Of a stretch of 54,392 nucleotides of DNA, positions 47,027 through 54,392 are shown piece by piece. Under the pieces are notes generated by a model, which saw only the letters and a list, made by a program, of their open reading frames with translations, was not told the DNA's origin and searched no databases. Source of the stretch: Coleofasciculus sp. B1-GNL1-01 (GTDB taxonomy: Bacteria; Cyanobacteriota; Cyanobacteriia; Cyanobacteriales; Coleofasciculaceae); assembly GCA_040220235.1 (NCBI GenBank), contig JAVJTO010000134.1. One strand, written 5' to 3'. Positions within the stretch are counted from its first letter, which is position 1, and every line of letters starts with the position of its first letter. A program made the position numbers and the translations under genes.

Positions 47027-49171
47027 ATGTCCACATTCTTATTGGAAGTCGGTACAGAAGAATTACCTGCAAATTTCGTCGAGAGTGCGATTAAACAATG
47101 GCAGTCGCGCCTGTCACAAAGCCTTGATCAATACCTACTGACTCCTGACAGTATCCAAGTGTACGGCACACCCCGCCGTCTAGCGGTACTGATTCAGGGA
47201 TTACCCCGTCAACAACCCGATCGCGAAGAGGAAGTTAAGGGTCCACCTGTCAAAGCTGCATTTAAAGACGGGAAACCCACCAAAGCCGCCGAAGGGTTTG
47301 CCCGTAAACAGGGCGTTAGCCTTGATGATCTGGAAATCCGAGAGACAAAGAAAGGGGAATTTGTCTTTGTTGTCAAGAAAATCATCGGTCGTTCAGCGAT
47401 TGAAATTCTCCCCGAAGTCATCCCCCAGTGGATTTTTGGCTTAGAAGGAAAGCGGTTTATGTGTTGGGGGGATGGAGACTTGAAGTTTTCTCGCCCAATT
47501 CGCTGGTTGGTGGCGCTGCTGGATGATACGGTGTTGCCAATTGAATTAGTGAATGGTTCGGAAACGATAATCAGCGATCGCCTATCTCGTGGACACCGTA
47601 TCTTACACCCAGAATCGGTAACCCTTGCCAAAGCTGAGGACTATGTAAAATCCTTAGAATCCGCCTTTGTGATTGTAGAACGCGATCGCCGTAAGCAGAT
47701 CATCCAAGACCAAGTTCAGTCAGCCGCACAAAAACTCAACGGTCATACCCTACTCTATGAGGAACTATGGGATGAAGTCACGGATTTAGTCGAATATCCC
47801 ACCGCCATTGTCGGCAAATTTGATGCAGAATACTTAATCTTACCGCCAGAGGTGGTGAAAACGGTAATGGTAACGCATCAGCGCTATTTCCCAGTATTCA
47901 AGGATGAAACAGCGACTGAATTACTGCCTCATTTTATTACCTTGTCCAATGGTGATCCGGCAAAATCTGAGATTATCGCCGCCGGAAATGAACGAGTGAT
48001 TCGCGCCCGTTTAGCGGATGGCGAGTATTTCTATAAAACAGATTTAGCCTCACCCCTAGAGAGTTATTTACCCAAATTAGAAACTGTAACCTTCCAAGAT
48101 GAATTAGGGTCAATGCGTCAGAAAGTCGGGCGCATCGAAAAAACCGCATCCCGGATTGCAGAGCAATTGGCAGTGTCACAGACGCAGTGGACAGATATTA
48201 TTCGCGCCGCCGCCCTTTGTAAAGCGGATCTTGTCACCCAAATGGTCTACGAGTTTCCTGAATTACAGGGTGTAATCGGACAAAAGTATGCGGTGGCGAG
48301 TGGTGAATCTGAGGCGGTAGCTACGGCGATTTTTGAGCATTATTTACCCAGAGGTGCAGGGGACAAGTTACCGGAAACGTTAATCGGTCAAGTGGTGGGA
48401 TTGGCAGATCGCTTAGATACATTAGTGAGTATCTTTGGCTTAGGCATGATTCCCACAGGTTCCTCTGACCCCTTTGCCTTGCGCCGTGCAGCAAATGCTG
48501 TAGTTAATATTACCTGGGAAGGGAATTTAGGGATTAATTTAGATCAGCTATTGCAGGATGTTTCTGCCGATTTTGTCGCCACCTATTCTGAGAAATCATC
48601 GCCCGTTGAAGTTTTGCAAGAGTTTTTCATTCAACGGATTCGCACCTTGCTGCAAGACGAACAGATGATTGATTATGACTTGGTAAATGCGGTTTTGGGT
48701 GAGAATGATCAGGAGTATACGCAACGGGCATTAAAAGACGTGTTAGATGTTCGCGATCGCGCTTTGTTCTTGCAAGGAATTCGGAAGAACGGCAAGCTGG
48801 ATGAAATCTATGAAACCGTGAACCGTTCGGCGCGGTTATCGATGCAAGGAGATTTAGATTTCCAACAGTTAGATCCCAAAGCAGTTGTGCATCCCGATTT
48901 ATTTGAAAAATCGAGTGAACCTGCTTTTTATGAAGCATTAGTTGCATTAGTGCCCCGCACTCAAACGGCACAAAAAGAGCGCAATTATCAGCAAATTGTT
49001 GATGCCTTGGCAGAGGTGACGCCAATTGTGAGTACCTTCTTTGATGATAAAGAAGCCGGGGTGATGGTGATGGACGAAAATCCAGAGATTCGCCGCAATC
49101 GGCTGAACCTATTGGGGTTACTGCGAAACCACGCACGGGTACTGGCAGAATTTGGCGCGATCGTCAAGTAG
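47027..49171 (+). CDS. glyS: Glycine--tRNA ligase beta subunit
   Basis: [33 protein letters not shown] and [11 protein letters not shown]. Confidence 0.96.
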   Translation: MSTFLLEVGTEELPANFVESAIKQWQSRLSQSLDQYLLTPDSIQVYGTPRRLAVLIQGLPRQQPDREEEVKGPPVKAAFKDGKPTKAAEGFARKQGVSLDDLEIRETKKGEFVFVVKKIIGRSAIEILPEVIPQWIFGLEGKRFMCWGDGDLKFSRPIRWLVALLDDTVLPIELVNGSETIISDRLSRGHRILHPESVTLAKAEDYVKSLESAFVIVERDRRKQIIQDQVQSAAQKLNGHTLLYEELWDEVTDLVEYPTAIVGKFDAEYLILPPEVVKTVMVTHQRYFPVFKDETATELLPHFITLSNGDPAKSEIIAAGNERVIRARLADGEYFYKTDLASPLESYLPKLETVTFQDELGSMRQKVGRIEKTASRIAEQLAVSQTQWTDIIRAAALCKADLVTQMVYEFPELQGVIGQKYAVASGESEAVATAIFEHYLPRGAGDKLPETLIGQVVGLADRLDTLVSIFGLGMIPTGSSDPFALRRAANAVVNITWEGNLGINLDQLLQDVSADFVATYSEKSSPVEVLQEFFIQRIRTLLQDEQMIDYDLVNAVLGENDQEYTQRALKDVLDVRDRALFLQGIRKNGKLDEIYETVNRSARLSMQGDLDFQQLDPKAVVHPDLFEKSSEPAFYEALVALVPRTQTAQKERNYQQIVDALAEVTPIVSTFFDDKEAGVMVMDENPEIRRNRLNLLGLLRNHARVLAEFGAIVK

Positions 49172-49232
49172 TGACGTGGCACACCTAATTTGATGGATTA
49201 GATTCGGCTTGTAGTAAGGGCTTTAGCCCTAA

Positions 49233-49454
49233 CGGTTAAAAAACTTTGCTTGTGTAGTCGTGCTAACCAACACTCACTGTCTAGTCGTTTACCTCAAACT
49301 AGATCCCGACACCGTACAAATAGAAGAAGGATTCAGTCGAGATATGCGAGGAATTGGACATTGGGGGACGGGTGACTTAGAATTGACAATTAAGAATTTA
49401 GAGGGTTTAGAGAAAGCCAAACCCTTAATTGTCAGAAGCCATGAGGGAAACTGA
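49233..49454 (+). pseudogene. C-terminal fragment of a DUF5655-like domain protein
   Basis: RLKNFAC...YLKLDPD..GFSRDMRGIGHWGTGDLE. The 5' part is replaced by MITE/REP sequence (49172-49232), with an in-frame stop at 49230. Confidence 0.65.
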
Positions 49455-49565
49455 AGCCTAACTGCAAATTAAATCCAATTATAAAATTAGATTTAAACTT
49501 ATCACATTCAATATAGTTTTACTTGACAAAACATATCAGTCTAAGTAGGCGGCGATATAAAACAT

Positions 49566-49979
49566 TTACAAGTCATCCAGTTCCAAGGGTTCTCGTATTT
49601 GTCGCTGGAATAATTGCTGTTGTAGCGATGGCGGCTGTTGCAACGTTTGTCGAATTTCTTGTTCGGCTTTCTGTTGCAAGTTTTCAGTTTGAGCCGATTC
49701 TAACTGTAAAAATAAATACAAAAGGGGCTGTTCTCGCTGGAGGCGTTGTTGAAATCGTCGGAGTTGTGCCGGATTGGTGAGTTGATCAATACTGGAGGGA
49801 AGTTGTTGCTCCGATAAGGGTTGCGCTTTCGCGGGTAGCGTCCAACTCAGTAGGGTTAAACCCATTGCTGCTGCCAGACGTTTAAAAGAAATGTTGGTAG
49901 TCAGCGCTTTAGCGCTTCTGGCACTAAAGTGCCTACTACGAACCCAGCTTAAGTCAGCGACATTCATTTTAAGAATCAT
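49566..49979 (-). CDS. Small Gln-rich exported hypothetical protein (start uncertain)
   Basis: KRLAAAMGLTLLSWTLPAKA signal-like segment followed by a Gln-rich helix. A REP palindrome lies in the 5' region. Confidence 0.55.
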   Translation of the reverse strand: MILKMNVADLSWVRSRHFSARSAKALTTNISFKRLAAAMGLTLLSWTLPAKAQPLSEQQLPSSIDQLTNPAQLRRFQQRLQREQPLLYLFLQLESAQTENLQQKAEQEIRQTLQQPPSLQQQLFQRQIREPLELDDL

Positions 49980-50093
49980 GATGCTAAGCCTTGTTTGATG
50001 TCAACGAAAATTATTCGATGACCTTCGACATTATACATGTAGAGAGGTTCCCAGGGAACGTCCCTACAAAATTTGTAGAGACGTAACCAAATC

Positions 50094-52061
50094 CTAATTC
50101 ATAGTCGGTAATAATTCCTGATGTTCAGGCAGTTTCCCGGTTCGTAACCATTCATCAAGTCCCTTAGGTCGCTGCATCTGATCTAACTTTTCCAGAAGGG
50201 CTTGGGCTTCTAAGACTTCTTCTTGGAGCAACACTTGGGCAGTTTGTTCCAAAATCTCTCGATTATCGTCAAGAATCTTAAGTGCCATTTGGTGGGCACC
50301 ATCCACCATCGCTTTCACTTCTTGGTCAATCGCTTCGGCGACTTGGGGACTGACTGAACGACGCGGACTGCCCATTCCAGCTAGGAACTGAGATTGGGGC
50401 TTGTCAAAGGCGATGGGTCCAAGTTTATCACTCATGCCATAGATGGTGACAAACCGTTCTGCCATATCTGTCGCCTTCTGGATGTCATCACTAGCACCCG
50501 TCGAGACTTTGCCAAATATTAACTCTTCGGCTGAACGTCCCGCTAGCATAATCGCAATGCGACCGCGAATTTCATCTTCACCGACTAAAAAGCGGTCTTC
50601 TTCTGGTAGTTGCAAGGTGTAGCCTAAGGCACCAACACCACGGGGTACAATCGATATTTTCTCGACAGTACCTGCGCCCGGTATCAGGGAACCGACTAAG
50701 GCATGACCCGTTTCGTGATACGCTACTGTCTTTTTCTCGGTATCCGTCAGCACACGCGATTTTTTCTTCAATCCAGCGATGACTCGCTCAATCGCTTCAT
50801 TAAAATCTGCCATGGTCACGGTATCCTGGTCTTGACGTGCTGCCAGTAGCGCCGCTTCATTAACTAAGTTGGCTAAATCAGCCCCAGCAAAACCGGGAGT
50901 CCGAATCGCCAGCTTCTCTAAGTCCACATCGTCGGCTAGTTTCACATTGGGAACATGCACCGCTAAAATTGCCTTGCGTCCAATCTTATCTGGACGGTCT
51001 ACGACAACCTGTCGGTCAAAACGCCCCGGACGCTGAAGTGCTGGGTCGAGGACTTCGGGACGGTTGGTGGCGGCAATCAGAATGATACCGATATTCGGCT
51101 CAAACCCATCCATCTCATTTAAGAGTTGGTTCAGGGTTTGTTCCCGTTCATCATTGCTGCCACCAACCATTGAATTACCACCCCCACGGGATTTTCCTAA
51201 GGCGTCTAATTCGTCAATAAAGACAATACAAGGGGCATTTTCTTTTGCCTGCTTAAACAAATCGCGTACACGAGACGCACCAACCCCGACGAATAATTCA
51301 ATAAACTCGGAACCGGAGAGACTGAAAAAGGGAACATTGGCTTCACCGGCAACGGCTCTGGCTAATAAGGTTTTGCCTGTCCCCGGAGGACCAATGAGTA
51401 AAATTCCTTTGGGAAATTTGGCACCCAAGCGGGTGTATTTTTGGGAATTCTTGAGAAAGTCGATGACTTCTTGCAGTTCGGCTTTGGCTTCATCAACTCC
51501 GGCTACATCGTCAAACTTGACACCTGTTTTACCTTCCGAATAAATACGGGCTTTACTTTTGCCCACATTGAGAGCGGCTGGTCCCCCAGCACCTCCTCCC
51601 GCCGCCGCACGGCGCAATAGCCATATCCAAAAGCCGAAGAATAAAAACAGCATGAACAGCCAACCTAAGATGCCTCCGTCATCGGTGTCAGACAGTGAGC
51701 CGGTAAACTCTACATTATGCTGTCGTAAAATTTCGACTAATTTCTGATCTTGGGGAACAGCGGTTGTCTCGAAACTACGAGACTCTTGGGATTCAGATGT
51801 TGCACCTTCTTTAAGTTGATAGCGAATTTGCTCTCGACCAATCGTCGCTTGCTCAACTTTATCAGCTTGGACTTGTTCCAGAAATTGACTGTAAGGAACC
51901 TGTCGGCGGTTAGCACCGAGATTGGGGAGCAGACCAAAGTTTATGAGTAAGACAGTGGCGGCGAGGAGAAATAAGCTCGTACCATACTTTTTAACCCAAG
52001 AGCGTTTGGGTTCAGATGGTTTATTGGTATTGTCGTTGGAGTTGTTATTGTCAACGGGCAT
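50094..52061 (-). CDS. ftsH: ATP-dependent zinc metalloprotease FtsH
   Basis: 2 TM helices, Walker A GPPGTGKT, Walker B VFIDE, RPGRFDR and HETGH zinc motif. Confidence 0.96.
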   Translation of the reverse strand: MPVDNNNSNDNTNKPSEPKRSWVKKYGTSLFLLAATVLLINFGLLPNLGANRRQVPYSQFLEQVQADKVEQATIGREQIRYQLKEGATSESQESRSFETTAVPQDQKLVEILRQHNVEFTGSLSDTDDGGILGWLFMLFLFFGFWIWLLRRAAAGGGAGGPAALNVGKSKARIYSEGKTGVKFDDVAGVDEAKAELQEVIDFLKNSQKYTRLGAKFPKGILLIGPPGTGKTLLARAVAGEANVPFFSLSGSEFIELFVGVGASRVRDLFKQAKENAPCIVFIDELDALGKSRGGGNSMVGGSNDEREQTLNQLLNEMDGFEPNIGIILIAATNRPEVLDPALQRPGRFDRQVVVDRPDKIGRKAILAVHVPNVKLADDVDLEKLAIRTPGFAGADLANLVNEAALLAARQDQDTVTMADFNEAIERVIAGLKKKSRVLTDTEKKTVAYHETGHALVGSLIPGAGTVEKISIVPRGVGALGYTLQLPEEDRFLVGEDEIRGRIAIMLAGRSAEELIFGKVSTGASDDIQKATDMAERFVTIYGMSDKLGPIAFDKPQSQFLAGMGSPRRSVSPQVAEAIDQEVKAMVDGAHQMALKILDDNREILEQTAQVLLQEEVLEAQALLEKLDQMQRPKGLDEWLRTGKLPEHQELLPTMN

Positions 52062-52252
52062 AAGAATTCGCTAAAACAGAAGTTGTCATCAATGATACGA
52101 TTGAAATTACAATCGGACATGATTAAGAGAGTCAGGAAAATAGGTCACGATAACCTGTAATTCGTAATTTATGAGGGCGGATGTCTCTTTCAATCTCGCA
52201 CTTCATCCGGAATCTGACAGCTATCTTCTGGTAGAATTGTTAGTCCCTGGAC

Positions 52253-52282
52253 TGTAGAGACGTTGCATGGAACGTCTCTACA
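52253..52282. repeat. TGTAGAGACG...CGTCTCTACA palindromic dispersed repeat
   Basis: Related copies at ~43146 and ~50038, and inside CDSs at 30235 and 52782. Confidence 0.8.
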
Positions 52283-52318
52283 TGGTAATTAGATTTAAGA
52301 ACAAACCATCATCAGGTT

Positions 52319-53713
52319 ATGCCCAACGCTCACGTCATTGGTCTGGGACGCTCCGGAATAGCCGCCTCACGACTCCTAAAACAGGAAGGGTGGACGGTAA
52401 CAGTCAGTGATAGCAAAACGTCTGAATCTCTGCAACAGCAACAACAAGTCCTTAATGTTGAGGGAATTACGGTTAAACTAGGTTATTCGCTCACTCTTGG
52501 CGATGCGGATTTACCTGAACTGATTGTGGTGAGTCCTGGTGTTCCTTGGGATATTCCGGTTTTAATTGAAGCCAGGAATCGAGGGATTGATACGATTGGT
52601 GAGATGGAACTGGCTTGGCGTTATCTCAAGTCCTCTCCGTGGGTTGGTATCACGGGGACCAATGGAAAAACCACGACAACGGCTTTGATTGCGGCTATTT
52701 TTCAAGCGGCTGGTTTCCATGCTCCCGCCTGCGGTAATATTGGCTATGCGGCTTGTGAATTGGCTCTGGCGCAGCCCGACAAGACGCGCCATGGCGCGTC
52801 TCTACATGAGAAACTACCCCAATCCAAAATTGACTGGGTGATTGCAGAAATTAGTAGTTATCAAATTGAGTCGTCACGGGAGTTAGCCCCAACAATTGGG
52901 GTTTGGACAACCTTTACCCCTGATCACTTGAATCGCCACAAGACGCTGGAAAATTACTACACTATCAAGGCTGACTTACTGTCGCGATCGCACGATCAAA
53001 TCTTTAACGGGGATGACCCGTATTTGCGTCGGTTGGGGACAACCCATTGGTCAAAGGCGTACTGGACAAGTGTTAAGGGGCGTGACGCGACGCCTCGTCC
53101 CTGGGTGTATATTGAAAATGGCTGGGTGATGGTAGAATCGGAACCGATTGTGCCTGTGGATTCGTTGCGGATGGTGGGGAATCACAATCAGCAGAATTTA
53201 CTCATGGCAGTCGCCGCCGCCCGGTTAGCTGGGATTGAGAAACAGGCAATTGTTGAGGCAATTACCAATTTTCCCGGTGTTCCTCACCGCCTCGAACATA
53301 TTATCACCTGGAAGGGGATTGACTTTATTAATGATAGTAAAGCCACTAATTATGATGCGGCGCAAGTGGGATTAGCGGCGGTTGATAGTCCGGTTATTTT
53401 AATTGCTGGGGGTGAAGCGAAAGCCGGAGACGATACGCAATGGTTGAACATAATCCAAGCGAAAGCGGCGGCTGTTTTACTGATTGGTGAGGCGGCATCA
53501 GCATTTGCCCAACGCTTACAGGAAGTGGGTTATTATCGTTATGAAATTGTGGAAACACTGGCAAGAGCCGTTCCTAGAGCAGCCGAATTAGCACAACAAG
53601 ATAATGCGCGTGTGGTTTTGTTGTCACCTGCTTGTGCTAGTTTTGACCAATATCAAAGTTTTGAACATCGGGGTGATGATTTCCGTCAGCAGTGTTTACA
53701 GGTTTTAGCTTAA
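52319..53713 (+). CDS. murD: UDP-N-acetylmuramoyl-L-alanine--D-glutamate ligase
   Basis: [38 protein letters not shown] and [11 protein letters not shown]. Confidence 0.96.
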   Translation: MPNAHVIGLGRSGIAASRLLKQEGWTVTVSDSKTSESLQQQQQVLNVEGITVKLGYSLTLGDADLPELIVVSPGVPWDIPVLIEARNRGIDTIGEMELAWRYLKSSPWVGITGTNGKTTTTALIAAIFQAAGFHAPACGNIGYAACELALAQPDKTRHGASLHEKLPQSKIDWVIAEISSYQIESSRELAPTIGVWTTFTPDHLNRHKTLENYYTIKADLLSRSHDQIFNGDDPYLRRLGTTHWSKAYWTSVKGRDATPRPWVYIENGWVMVESEPIVPVDSLRMVGNHNQQNLLMAVAAARLAGIEKQAIVEAITNFPGVPHRLEHIITWKGIDFINDSKATNYDAAQVGLAAVDSPVILIAGGEAKAGDDTQWLNIIQAKAAAVLLIGEAASAFAQRLQEVGYYRYEIVETLARAVPRAAELAQQDNARVVLLSPACASFDQYQSFEHRGDDFRQQCLQVLA

Positions 53714-53718
53714 TCTTT

Positions 53719-54087
53719 TCAGAGGCTATGTGCCAATCGGTCGATGCGTTCGGAATAACTTTTCATCACATTCAAGGCAAACATTGGTGTTTCCTGAACC
53801 GCAAACAGAAATCGCTGTTGATCCAGAAAAGCCAAGGTACAATCTGTTTTTGCGATCGCGCTATAGGTTCTGTCACTGACTCCAATCAATGTTCCGGTAC
53901 CAAACACCTCAACCTTGCCGATGGTTTCGACAATTTTACCATTGACCGAGATGTTGACTTCTCCATCTAATATGCCATACATATAGTTCGCTGGATCACC
54001 TTCTTGAAAAATAACCTGATCGGCAGAAAATGTCTTAGGTTCAGCCTGTTGTTGTAAGATGCTGACTGTGTTTGCGGGTTCTAACAT
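53719..54087 (-). CDS. Stand-alone cyclic-nucleotide-binding domain protein
   Basis: IFQEGD..YMYGILDGEV...VFG..LI...RTYSAIA cNMP-fold motifs, with no HTH. Confidence 0.85.
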   Translation of the reverse strand: MLEPANTVSILQQQAEPKTFSADQVIFQEGDPANYMYGILDGEVNISVNGKIVETIGKVEVFGTGTLIGVSDRTYSAIAKTDCTLAFLDQQRFLFAVQETPMFALNVMKSYSERIDRLAHSL

Positions 54088-54206
54088 GGTCTGTATGCCA
54101 GATCATTTTATGTTGGGTCATTATACCGCAAGGAGGCAAAATACCAGATGTAGCCAAAGGCAGAAGACAGAGGGCAATGGCGTGTGATTGTGTAGGGGCG
54201 GGTTTA

Positions 54207-54259
54207 GGGGGAGCAGGGGGAGCAGGGGGAGCAGGGGGAGCAGGGGGAGCAGGGGAAGC
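54207..54259. repeat. 9-mer tandem repeat GGGGGAGCA adjoining a GTAGGGGCGGGTTT REP arm
   Basis: Five perfect copies plus a variant. Confidence 0.85.
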
Positions 54260-54392
54260 AATGATACATTTTCCCTGATAATGGTGCAAAGGTATGAAAG
54301 GGTTTTATCCTTTTTCTTTGAAGATGAGCCAATGTTCATGCTACTCAAAGCTTTGGTAGCCAAGGGTTTCGGTCTTGTGCAGCAAGCCCTAA

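Noticed and set aside
54041..54363. Three short ORFs with PPA/GGA/LLP repeats
   Set aside because: Products of the GGGGGAGCA tandem repeat.
1..54392. tRNA, rRNA, riboswitch or CRISPR loci; remaining antisense ORFs in the track; high GCGATCGC frequency as a novelty
   Set aside because: No RNA genes or arrays were recognisable by eye (an Infernal scan would be needed). The antisense ORFs overlap well-supported genes. HIP1 abundance is standard for cyanobacteria.

Overview
54.4-kb chromosomal window from a filamentous cyanobacterium. Evidence: frequent HIP1 GCGATCGC octamers, STRR heptamer repeats, SLH/OprB porins and ftn2/ARC6. An Oscillatoriales/Coleofasciculus-like source is inferred, not proven. 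The window opens with the 3' end of a group IIB intron (HNH tail, domains V/VI) inserted in an RRXRR (IsrB/IscB-type OMEGA nuclease) gene. That element ends exactly at the ATG of a beta-PGM/trehalose-6-phosphate phosphatase + GH65 gene pair. A phosphate cluster follows: phoU, phoX with Pho boxes, and three porins. Next come ftn2, pdhA, a secreted protein ending in 40 consecutive Asp, gnd, cdv3/coaD and a DegT aminotransferase. A TPR-CHAT / DUF928 / filamentous-haemagglutinin / CHASE2-cyclase cluster follows, then Uma2, glyS, ftsH, murD and a cNMP-binding protein. Main highlights: (i) the intron nested in an OMEGA element; (ii) a second, non-autonomous OMEGA-like mini-element in the phoU leader that also ends at ATGA; (iii) small palindromic repeats inserted in frame in several proteins, including a 24-nt insert that splits a HIP1 site; (iv) the candidate CHAT protease signalling module; (v) the poly-Asp protein. 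Family assignments come from motif recognition only; no searches were run.
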